This document shows positions 52,034 through 64,000 of a DNA stretch of 64,000 nucleotides, piece by piece (position 1 is the stretch's first letter; each line of letters opens with the position of its first letter). A program made the position numbers and the translations under genes. The notes beneath the pieces were generated by a model. That model had not been told where the DNA came from. It ran no database searches and saw nothing but the letters and a program-made list of their open reading frames with translations. The stretch is from Eledone cirrhosa (Eukaryota): contig OZ024743.1 in the NCBI GenBank assembly GCA_964016885.1, forward strand, positions 234,050,001 to 234,114,000, written 5' to 3'.

Positions 52034-55000
52034 GTACCAGTAATTACAGATCGATCCGACCACGGGCGGCCGGCCCGCGATTGAAAAGGTAACTCCGCCG
52101 GCAAATCGTCATTTTTGGATTCGTTTTCTTCGAAGCACACCATTCGCCGGCGGACTTTGTTGACGTTTAACACGGTTTGGTTCCACAGCCACAACTATTG
52201 ATTTTACGGAGATATCTTGCTGAAATTCACGCCACACATAGCCAATGAGTGTCTGCACATGTACCAGTAATTACAGATCGATCCGACCACGGGCGGCCGG
52301 CCCGCGATTGAAAAGGTAACTCCGCCGGCAAATCGTCATTTTTGGATTCGTTTTCTTCGAAGCACACCATTCGCCGGCGGACTTTGTTGACGTTTAACAC
52401 GGTTTGGTTCCACAGCCACAACTATTGATTTTACGGAGATATCTTGCTGAAATTCACGCCACACATAGCCAATGAGTGTCTGCACATGTACCAGTAATTA
52501 CAGATCGATCCGACCACGGGCGGCCGGCCCGCGATTGAAAAGGTAACTCCGCCGGCAAATCGTCATTTTTGGATTCGTTTTCTTCGAAGCACACCATTCG
52601 CCGGCGGACTTTGTTGACGTTTAACACGGTTTGGTTCCACAGCCACAACTATTGATTTTACGGAGATATCTTGCTGAAATTCACGCCACACATAGCCAAT
52701 GAGTCTCTGCACATGTACCATTAATTACAGATCGATCCGACCACGGGCGGTCGGTTTGCGATTGAAAAGGTAACTCCGCCGGCAAATCGTCATTTTTGGA
52801 TTCGTTTTCTTCGAAGCACACCATTCGCCGGCTGACTTTGTTGACGTTTAACACGGTTTGGTTCCACAGCCACAACTATTGATTTTAAGGAGATATCTTG
52901 CTGAAATTCACGCCACACATAGCCAATGAGTGTCTGCACATGTACCAGTAATTACAGATCGATCCGACCACGGGCGGCCGGCCCGCGATTGAAAAGGTAA
53001 CTCCGCCGGCAAATCGTCATTTTTGGATTCGTTTTCTTCGAAGCACACCATTCGCCGGCGGACTTTGTTGACGTTTAACACGGTTTGGTTCCACAGCCAC
53101 AACTATTGATTTTACGGAGATATCTTGCTGAAATTCACGCCACACATAGCCAATGAGTCTCTGCACATGTACCATTAATTACAGATCGATCCGACCACGG
53201 GCGGTCGGTTTGCGATTGAAAAGGTAACTCCGCCGGCAAATCGTCATTTTTGGATTCGTTTTCTTCGAAGCACACCATTCGCCGGCTGACTTTGTTGACG
53301 TTTAACACGGTTTGGTTCCACAGCCACAACTATTGATTTTAAGGAGATATCTTGCTGAAATTCACGCCACACATAGCCAATGAGTGTCTGCACAGGTACC
53401 AGTAATTACAGATCGATCCGACCACGGGCGGCCGGCCCGCGATTGAAAAGGTAACTCCGCCGGCAAATCGTCATTTTTGGATTCGTTTTCTTCGAAGCAC
53501 ACCATTCGCCGGCGGACTTTGTTGACGTTTAACACGGTTTGGTTCCACAGCCACAACTATTGATTTTACGGAGATATCTTGCTGAAATTCACGCCACACA
53601 TAGCCAATGAGTGTCTGCACATGTACCAGTAATTACAGATCGATCCGACCACGGGCGGCCGGCCCGCGATTGAAAAGGTAACTCCGCCGGCAAATCGTCA
53701 TTTTTGGATTCGTTTTCTTCGAAGCACACCATTCGCCGGCGGACTTTGTTGACGTTTAACACGGTTTGGTTCCACAGCCACAACTATTGATTTTACGGAG
53801 ATATCTTGCTGAAATTCACGCCACACATAGCCAATGAGTGTCTGCACATGTACCAGTAATTACAGATCGATCCGACCACGGGCGGCCGGCCCGCGATTGA
53901 AAAGGTAACTCCGCCGGCAAATCGTCATTTTTGGATTCGTTTTCTTCGAAGCACACCATTCGCCGGCTGACTTTGTTGACGTTTAACACGGTTTGGTTCC
54001 ACAGCCACAACTATTGATTTTAAGGAGATATCTTGCTGAAATTCACGCCACACATAGCCAATGAGTGTCTGCACAGGTACCAGTAATTACAGATCGATCC
54101 GACCACGGGCGGCCGGCCCGCGATTGAAAAGGTAACTCCGCCGGCAAATCGTCATTTTTGGATTCGTTTTCTTCGAAGCACACCATTCGCCGGCGGACTT
54201 TGTTGACGTTTAACACGGTTTGGTTCCACAGCCACAACTATTGATTTTACGGAGATATCTTGCTGAAATTCACGCCACACATAGCCAATGAGTCTCTGCA
54301 CATGTACAAGTAATTACAGATCGATCCGACCACGGGCGGCCGGCCCGCGATTGAAAAGGTAACTCCGCCGGCAAATCGTCATTTTTGGATTCGTTTTCTT
54401 CGAAGCACACCATTCGCCGGCGGACTTTGTTGACGTTTAACACGGTTTGGTTCCACAGCCACAACTATTGATTTTACGGAGATATCTTGCTGAAATTCAC
54501 GCCACACATAGCCAATGAGTGTCTGCACATGTACCAGTAATTACAGATCGATCCGACCACGGGCGGTCGGTTTGCGATTGAAAAGGTAACTCCGCCGGCA
54601 AATCGTCATTTTTGGATTCGTTTTCTTCGAAGCACACCATTCGCCGGCTGACTTTGTTGACGTTTAACACGGTTTGGTTCCACAGCCACAACTATTGATT
54701 TTAAGGAGATATCTTGCTGAAATTCACGCCACACATAGCCAATGAGTGTCTGCACAGGTACCAGTAATTACAGATCGATCCGACCACGGGCGGCCGGCCC
54801 GCGATTGAAAAGGTAACTCCGCCGGCAAATCGTCATTTTTGGATTCGTTTTCTTCGAAGCACACCATTCGCCGGCGGACTTTGTTGACGTTTAACACGGT
54901 TTGGTTCCACAGCCACAACTATTGATTTTACGGAGATATCTTGCTGAAATTCACGCCACACATAGCCAATGAGTGTCTGCACATGTACCAGTAATTACAG

Positions 55001-58000
55001 ATCGATCCGACCACGGGCGGCCGGCCCGCGATTGAAAAGGTAACTCCGCCGGCAAATCGTCATTTTTGGATTCGTTTTCTTCGAAGCACACCATTCGCCG
55101 GCGGACTTTGTTGACGTTTAACACGGTTTGGTTCCACAGCCACAACTATTGATTTTACGGAGATATCTTGCTGAAATTCACGCCACACATAGCCAATGAG
55201 TGTCTGCACATGTACCAGTAATTACAGATCGATCCGACCACGGGCGGCCGGCCCGCGATTGAAAAGGTAACTCCGCCGGCAAATCGTCATTTTTGGATTC
55301 GTTTTCTTCGAAGCACACCATTCGCCGGCTGACTTTGTTGACGTTTAACACGGTTTGGTTCCACAGCCACAACTATTGATTTTAAGGAGATATCTTGCTG
55401 AAATTCACGCCACACATAGCCAATGAGTGTCTGCACAGGTACCAGTAATTACAGATCGATCCGACCACGGGCGGCCGGCCCGCGATTGAAAAGGTAACTC
55501 CGCCGGCAAATCGTCATTTTTGGATTCGTTTTCTTCGAAGCACACCATTCGCCGGCGGACTTTGTTGACGTTTAACACGGTTTGGTTCCACAGCCACAAC
55601 TATTGATTTTACGGAGATATCTTGCTGAAATTCACGCCACACATAGCCAATGAGTCTCTGCACATGTACAAGTAATTACAGATCGATCCGACCACGGGCG
55701 GCCGGCCCGCGATTGAAAAGGTAACTCCGCCGGCAAATCGTCATTTTTGGATTCGTTTTCTTCGAAGCACACCATTCGCCGGCGGACTTTGTTGACGTTT
55801 AACACGGTTTGGTTCCACAGCCACAACTATTGATTTTACGGAGATATCTTGCTGAAATTCACGCCACACATAGCCAATGAGTGTCTGCACATGTACCAGT
55901 AATTACAGATCGATCCGACCACGGGCGGTCGGTTTGCGATTGAAAAGGTAACTCCGCCGGCAAATCGTCATTTTTGGATTCGTTTTCTTCGAAGCACACC
56001 ATTCGCCGGCTGACTTTGTTGACGTTTAACACGGTTTGGTTCCACAGCCACAACTATTGATTTTAAGGAGATATCTTGCTGAAATTCACGCCACACATAG
56101 CCAATGAGTGTCTGCACAGGTACCAGTAATTACAGATCGATCCGACCACGGGCGGCCGGCCCGCGATTGAAAAGGTAACTCCGCCGGCAAATCGTCATTT
56201 TTGGATTCGTTTTCTTCGAAGCACACCATTCGCCGGCTGACTTTGTTGACGTTTAACACGGTTTGGTTCCACAGCCACAACTATTGATTTTAAGGAGATA
56301 TCTTGCTGAAATTCACGCCACACATAGCCAATGAGTGTCTGCACAGGTACCAGTAATTACAGATCGATCCGACCACGGGCGGCCGGCCCGCGATTGAAAA
56401 GGTAACTCCGCCGGCAAATCGTCATTTTTGGATTCGTTTTCTTCGAAGCACACCATTCGCCGGCGGACTTTGTTGACGTTTAACACGGTTTGGTTCCACA
56501 GCCACAACTATTGATTTTACGGAGATATCTTGCTGAAATTCACGCCACACATAGCCAATGAGTCTCTGCACATGTACAAGTAATTACAGATCGATCCGAC
56601 CACGGGCGGCCGGCCCGCGATTGAAAAGGTAACTCCGCCGGCAAATCGTCATTTTTGGATTCGTTTTCTTCGAAGCACACCATTCGCCGGCGGACTTTGT
56701 TGACGTTTAACACGGTTTGGTTCCACAGCCACAACTATTGATTTTACGGAGATATCTTGCTGAAATTCACGCCACACATAGCCAATGAGTGTCTGCACAT
56801 GTACCAGTAATTACAGATCGATCCGACCACGGGCGGTCGGTTTGCGATTGAAAAGGTAACTCCGCCGGCAAATCGTCATTTTTGGATTCGTTTTCTTCGA
56901 AGCACACCATTCGCCGGCTGACTTTGTTGACGTTTAACACGGTTTGGTTCCACAGCCACAACTATTGATTTTAAGGAGATATCTTGCTGAAATTCACGCC
57001 ACACATAGCCAATGAGTGTCTGCACAGGTACCAGTAATTACAGATCGATCCGACCACGGGCGGCCGGCCCGCGATTGAAAAGGTAACTCCGCCGGCAAAT
57101 CGTCATTTTTGGATTCGTTTTCTTCGAAGCACACCATTCGCCGGCGGACTTTGTTGACGTTTAACACGGTTTGGTTCCACAGCCACAACTATTGATTTTA
57201 CGGAGATATCTTGCTGAAATTCACGCCACACATAGCCAATGAGTGTCTGCACATGTACCAGTAATTACAGATCGATCCGACCACGGGCGGCCGGCCCGCG
57301 ATTGAAAAGGTAACTCCGCCGGCAAATCGTCATTTTTGGATTCGTTTTCTTCGAAGCACACCATTCGCCGGCTGACTTTGTTGACGTTTAACACGGTTTG
57401 GTTCCACAGCCACAACTATTGATTTTAAGGAGATATCTTGCTGAAATTCACGCCACACATAGCCAATGAGTGTCTGCACAGGTACCAGTAATTACAGATC
57501 GATCCGACCACGGGCGGCCGGCCCGCGATTGAAAAGGTAACTCCGCCGGCAAATCGTCATTTTTGGATTCGTTTTCTTCGAAGCACACCATTCGCCGGCG
57601 GACTTTGTTGACGTTTAACACGGTTTGGTTCCACAGCCACAACTATTGATTTTACGGAGATATCTTGCTGAAATTCACGCCACACATAGCCAATGAGTCT
57701 CTGCACATGTACAAGTAATTACAGATCGATCCGACCACGGGCGGCCGGCCCACGATTGAAAAGGTAACTCCGCCGGCAAATCGTCATTTTTGGATTCGTT
57801 TTCTTCGAAGCACACCATTCGCCGGCGGACTTTGTTGACGTTTAACACGGTTTGGTTCCACAGCCACAACTATTGATTTTACGGAGATATCTTGCTGAAA
57901 TTCACGCCACACATAGCCAATGAGTGTCTGCACATGTACCAGTAATTACAGATCGATCCGACCACGGGCGGTCGGTTTGCGATTGAAAAGGTAACTCCGC

Positions 58001-61000
58001 CGGCAAATCGTCATTTTTGGATTCGTTTTCTTCGAAGCACACCATTCGCCGGCTGACTTTGTTGACGTTTAACACGGTTTGGTTCCACAGCCACAACTAT
58101 TGATTTTAAGGAGATATCTTGCTGAAATTCACGCCACACATAGCCAATGAGTGTCTGCACAGGTACCAGTAATTACAGATCGATCCGACCACGGGCGGCC
58201 GGCCCGCGATTGAAAAGGTAACTCCGCCGGCAAATCGTCATTTTTGGATTCGTTTTCTTCGAAGCACACCATTCGCCGGCGGACTTTGTTGACGTTTAAC
58301 ACGGTTTGGTTCCACAGCCACAACTATTGATTTTACGGAGATATCTTGCTGAAATTCACGCCACACATAGCCAATGAGTGTCTGCACATGTACCAGTAAT
58401 TACAGATCGATCCGACCACGGGCGGCCGGCCCGCGATTGAAAAGGTAACTCCGCCGGCAAATCGTCATTTTTGGATTCGTTTTCTTCGAAGCACACCATT
58501 CGCCGGCGGACTTTGTTGACGTTTAACACGGTTTGGTTCCACAGCCACAACTATTGATTTTACGGAGATATCTTGCTGAAATTCACGCCACACATAGCCA
58601 ATGAGTGTCTGCACATGTACCAGTAATTACAGATCGATCCGACCACGGGCGGCCGGCCCGCGATTGAAAAGGTAACTCCGCCGGCAAATCGTCATTTTTG
58701 GATTCGTTTTCTTCGAAGCACACCATTCGCCGGCGGACTTTGTTGACGTTTAACACGGTTTGGTTCCACAGCCACAACTATTGATTTTACGGAGATATCT
58801 TGCTGAAATTCACGCCACACATAGCCAATGAGTGTCTGCACATGTACCAGTAATTACAGATCGATCCGACCACGGGCGGCCGGCCCGCGATTGAAAAGGT
58901 AACTCCGCCGGCAAATCGTCATTTTTGGATTCGTTTTCTTCGAAGCACACCATTCGCCGGCGGACTTTGTTGACGTTTAACACGGTTTGGTTCCACAGCC
59001 ACAACTATTGATTTTACGGAGATATCTTGCTGAAATTCACGCCACACATAGCCAATGAGTCTCTGCACATGTACCATTAATTACAGATCGATCCGACCAC
59101 GGGCGGTCGGTTTGCGATTGAAAAGGTAACTCCGCCGGCAAATCGTCATTTTTGGATTCGTTTTCTTCGAAGCACACCATTCGCCGGCTGACTTTGTTGA
59201 CGTTTAACACGGTTTGGTTCCACAGCCACAACTATTGATTTTAAGGAGATATCTTGCTGAAATTCACGCCACACATAGCCAATGAGTGTCTGCACATGTA
59301 CCAGTAATTACAGATCGATCCGACCACGGGCGGCCGGCCCGCGATTGAAAAGGTAACTCCGCCGGCAAATCGTCATTTTTGGATTCGTTTTCTTCGAAGC
59401 ACACCATTCGCCGGCGGACTTTGTTGACGTTTAACACGGTTTGGTTCCACAGCCACAACTATTGATTTTACGGAGATATCTTGCTGAAATTCACGCCACA
59501 CATAGCCAATGAGTCTCTGCACATGTACCATTAATTACAGATCGATCCGACCACGGGCGGTCGGTTTGCGATTGAAAAGGTAACTCCGCCGGCAAATCGT
59601 CATTTTTGGATTCGTTTTCTTCGAAGCACACCATTCGCCGGCTGACTTTGTTGACGTTTAACACGGTTTGGTTCCACAGCCACAACTATTGATTTTAAGG
59701 AGATATCTTGCTGAAATTCACGCCACACATAGCCAATGAGTGTCTGCACAGGTACCAGTAATTACAGATCGATCCGACCACGGGCGGCCGGCCCGCGATT
59801 GAAAAGGTAACTCCGCCGGCAAATCGTCATTTTTGGATTCGTTTTCTTCGAAGCACACCATTCGCCGGCGGACTTTGTTGACGTTTAACACGGTTTGGTT
59901 CCACAGCCACAACTATTGATTTTACGGAGATATCTTGCTGAAATTCACGCCACACATAGCCAATGAGTGTCTGCACATGTACCAGTAATTACAGATCGAT
60001 CCGACCACGGGCGGCCGGCCCGCGATTGAAAAGGTAACTCCGCCGGCAAATCGTCATTTTTGGATTCGTTTTCTTCGAAGCACACCATTCGCCGGCGGAC
60101 TTTGTTGACGTTTAACACGGTTTGGTTCCACAGCCACAACTATTGATTTTACGGAGATATCTTGCTGAAATTCACGCCACACATAGCCAATGAGTGTCTG
60201 CACATGTACCAGTAATTACAGATCGATCCGACCACGGGCGGCCGGCCCGCGATTGAAAAGGTAACTCCGCCGGCAAATCGTCATTTTTGGATTCGTTTTC
60301 TTCGAAGCACACCATTCGCCGGCTGACTTTGTTGACGTTTAACACGGTTTGGTTCCACAGCCACAACTATTGATTTTAAGGAGATATCTTGCTGAAATTC
60401 ACGCCACACATAGCCAATGAGTGTCTGCACAGGTACCAGTAATTACAGATCGATCCGACCACGGGCGGCCGGCCCGCGATTGAAAAGGTAACTCCGCCGG
60501 CAAATCGTCATTTTTGGATTCGTTTTCTTCGAAGCACACCATTCGCCGGCGGACTTTGTTGACGTTTAACACGGTTTGGTTCCACAGCCACAACTATTGA
60601 TTTTACGGAGATATCTTGCTGAAATTCACGCCACACATAGCCAATGAGTCTCTGCACATGTACAAGTAATTACAGATCGATCCGACCACGGGCGGCCGGC
60701 CCGCGATTGAAAAGGTAACTCCGCCGGCAAATCGTCATTTTTGGATTCGTTTTCTTCGAAGCACACCATTCGCCGGCGGACTTTGTTGACGTTTAACACG
60801 GTTTGGTTCCACAGCCACAACTATTGATTTTACGGAGATATCTTGCTGAAATTCACGCCACACATAGCCAATGAGTGTCTGCACATGTACCAGTAATTAC
60901 AGATCGATCCGACCACGGGCGGTCGGTTTGCGATTGAAAAGGTAACTCCGCCGGCAAATCGTCATTTTTGGATTCGTTTTCTTCGAAGCACACCATTCGC

Positions 61001-63728
61001 CGGCTGACTTTGTTGACGTTTAACACGGTTTGGTTCCACAGCCACAACTATTGATTTTAAGGAGATATCTTGCTGAAATTCACGCCACACATAGCCAATG
61101 AGTGTCTGCACAGGTACCAGTAATTACAGATCGATCCGACCACGGGCGGCCGGCCCGCGATTGAAAAGGTAACTCCGCCGGCAAATCGTCATTTTTGGAT
61201 TCGTTTTCTTCGAAGCACACCATTCGCCGGCGGACTTTGTTGACGTTTAACACGGTTTGGTTCCACAGCCACAACTATTGATTTTACGGAGATATCTTGC
61301 TGAAATTCACGCCACACATAGCCAATGAGTGTCTGCACATGTACCAGTAATTACAGATCGATCCGACCACGGGCGGCCGGCCCGCGATTGAAAAGGTAAC
61401 TCCGCCGGCAAATCGTCATTTTTGGATTCGTTTTCTTCGAAGCACACCATTCGCCGGCGGACTTTGTTGACGTTTAACACGGTTTGGTTCCACAGCCACA
61501 ACTATTGATTTTACGGAGATATCTTGCTGAAATTCACGCCACACATAGCCAATGAGTGTCTGCACATGTACCAGTAATTACAGATCGATCCGACCACGGG
61601 CGGCCGGCCCGCGATTGAAAAGGTAACTCCGCCGGCAAATCGTCATTTTTGGATTCGTTTTCTTCGAAGCACACCATTCGCCGGCTGACTTTGTTGACGT
61701 TTAACACGGTTTGGTTCCACAGCCACAACTATTGATTTTAAGGAGATATCTTGCTGAAATTCACGCCACACATAGCCAATGAGTGTCTGCACAGGTACCA
61801 GTAATTACAGATCGATCCGACCACGGGCGGCCGGCCCGCGATTGAAAAGGTAACTCCGCCGGCAAATCGTCATTTTTGGATTCGTTTTCTTCGAAGCACA
61901 CCATTCGCCGGCGGACTTTGTTGACGTTTAACACGGTTTGGTTCCACAGCCACAACTATTGATTTTACGGAGATATCTTGCTGAAATTCACGCCACACAT
62001 AGCCAATGAGTCTCTGCACATGTACAAGTAATTACAGATCGATCCGACCACGGGCGGCCGGCCCGCGATTGAAAAGGTAACTCCGCCGGCAAATCGTCAT
62101 TTTTGGATTCGTTTTCTTCGAAGCACACCATTCGCCGGCGGACTTTGTTGACGTTTAACACGGTTTGGTTCCACAGCCACAACTATTGATTTTACGGAGA
62201 TATCTTGCTGAAATTCACGCCACACATAGCCAATGAGTGTCTGCACATGTACCAGTAATTACAGATCGATCCGACCACGGGCGGTCGGTTTGCGATTGAA
62301 AAGGTAACTCCGCCGGCAAATCGTCATTTTTGGATTCGTTTTCTTCGAAGCACACCATTCGCCGGCTGACTTTGTTGACGTTTAACACGGTTTGGTTCCA
62401 CAGCCACAACTATTGATTTTAAGGAGATATCTTGCTGAAATTCACGCCACACATAGCCAATGAGTGTCTGCACAGGTACCAGTAATTACAGATCGATCCG
62501 ACCACGGGCGGCCGGCCCGCGATTGAAAAGGTAACTCCGCCGGCAAATCGTCATTTTTGGATTCGTTTTCTTCGAAGCACACCATTCGCCGGCTGACTTT
62601 GTTGACGTTTAACACGGTTTGGTTCCACAGCCACAACTATTGATTTTAAGGAGATATCTTGCTGAAATTCACGCCACACATAGCCAATGAGTGTCTGCAC
62701 AGGTACCAGTAATTACAGATCGATCCGACCACGGGCGGCCGGCCCGCGATTGAAAAGGTAACTCCGCCGGCAAATCGTCATTTTTGGATTCGTTTTCTTC
62801 GAAGCACACCATTCGCCGGCGGACTTTGTTGACGTTTAACACGGTTTGGTTCCACAGCCACAACTATTGATTTTACGGAGATATCTTGCTGAAATTCACG
62901 CCACACATAGCCAATGAGTCTCTGCACATGTACAAGTAATTACAGATCGATCCGACCACGGGCGGCCGGCCCGCGATTGAAAAGGTAACTCCGCCGGCAA
63001 ATCGTCATTTTTGGATTCGTTTTCTTCGAAGCACACCATTCGCCGGCGGACTTTGTTGACGTTTAACACGGTTTGGTTCCACAGCCACAACTATTGATTT
63101 TACGGAGATATCTTGCTGAAATTCACGCCACACATAGCCAATGAGTGTCTGCACATGTACCAGTAATTACAGATCGATCCGACCACGGGCGGTCGGTTTG
63201 CGATTGAAAAGGTAACTCCGCCGGCAAATCGTCATTTTTGGATTCGTTTTCTTCGAAGCACACCATTCGCCGGCTGACTTTGTTGACGTTTAACACGGTT
63301 TGGTTCCACAGCCACAACTATTGATTTTAAGGAGATATCTTGCTGAAATTCACGCCACACATAGCCAATGAGTGTCTGCACAGGTACCAGTAATTACAGA
63401 TCGATCCGACCACGGGCGGCCGGCCCGCGATTGAAAAGGTAACTCCGCCGGCAAATCGTCATTTTTGGATTCGTTTTCTTCGAAGCACACCATTCGCCGG
63501 CGGACTTTGTTGACGTTTAACACGGTTTGGTTCCACAGCCACAACTATTGATTTTACGGAGATATCTTGCTGAAATTCACGCCACACATAGCCAATGAGT
63601 GTCTGCACATGTACCAGTAATTACAGATCGATCCGACCACGGGCGGCCGGCCCGCGATTGAAAAGGTAACTCCGCCGGCAAATCGTCATTTTTGGATTCG
63701 TTTTCTTCGAAGCACACCATTCGCCGGC
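52034..63728. repeat. Recent ~5.3-kb duplication with a 28-monomer (6356-bp) offset: ~52034-57372 and ~58390-63728
   Basis: About 23 consecutive monomers have the same variant order, including the unusual C224A-then-T50 junction (units at 52892 and 59248) and three C55A units in each copy. Confidence 0.88.
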
Positions 63729-64000
63729 GGACTTTGTTGACGTTTAACACGGTTTGGTTCCACAGCCACAACTATTGATTTTACGGAGATATCTTGCTGA
63801 AATTCACGCCACACATAGCCAATGAGTGTCTGCACATGTACCAGTAATTACAGATCGATCCGACCACGGGCGGCCGGCCCGCGATTGAAAAGGTAACTCC
63901 GCCGGCAAATCGTCATTTTTGGATTCGTTTTCTTCGAAGCACACCATTCGCCGGCTGACTTTGTTGACGTTTAACACGGTTTGGTTCCACAGCCACAACT

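Larger units (their letters stand above)
1..64000. repeat. Tandem satellite-type array of a 227-bp monomer, ~282 head-to-tail copies, highly homogeneous, running past both window edges
   Basis: GATATCTTGCTGAAATTC recurs at 1, 228, 682... Every ORF-track start equals 17+227k, up to 63804 (k=281), so the phase never shifts. Monomers differ only by a few substitutions. Confidence 0.99.

Noticed and set aside
1-64000. CRISPR array
   Set aside because: There are no unique spacers, the entire 227 bp is repeated, and no cas genes are present.
1-64000. Whole array as a rolling-circle amplification or collapsed-assembly artefact
   Set aside because: Variants form linked haplotypes, nested duplications and position-restricted lineages rather than random errors or one exact period. 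This fits a real evolving array, although individual duplications still need read support.
1-64000. A/B monomer order as an information-bearing code or a single fixed global HOR
   Set aside because: Overlapping local duplications of varying period explain the order. No global period or reading machinery is visible.

Overview
The whole 64,000-bp window is one uninterrupted head-to-tail tandem array of a 227-bp monomer (281 full copies plus a nearly complete 282nd; ~49% GC; 19 CpG per monomer), all in one orientation. It looks like eukaryotic satellite DNA. I cannot identify the organism or family, and both array ends lie outside the window. I see no credible protein-coding gene, tRNA, rRNA, CRISPR array or transposon; the repeated 64-aa minus-strand ORF is a by-product of the repeat. 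By eye I find no indels and about 28 distinct substitutions. These define two main monomer classes (A: GGGCGGCCGGCCC; B: GGGCGGTCGGTTT, ~73 of 282 units) and a patchwork of local higher-order repeats with periods of 2, 3, 5, 8, 9, 15-16 and 28 monomers. The monomer is rich in dyads: six perfect 8-bp palindromes, a 13-bp inverted repeat, and an A/B allele pair that swaps between two alternative hairpins. It also has a nearly invariant 72-bp core (monomer positions 97-168) with a splice-donor-like AAG|GTAAC followed by an Sm-site-like ATTTTTGG. This raises the speculative possibility of a tandem small-RNA (spliced-leader-like) gene array rather than inert satellite. Variant positions are monomer coordinates (unit k starts at 1+227*(k-1)); all counts are manual.
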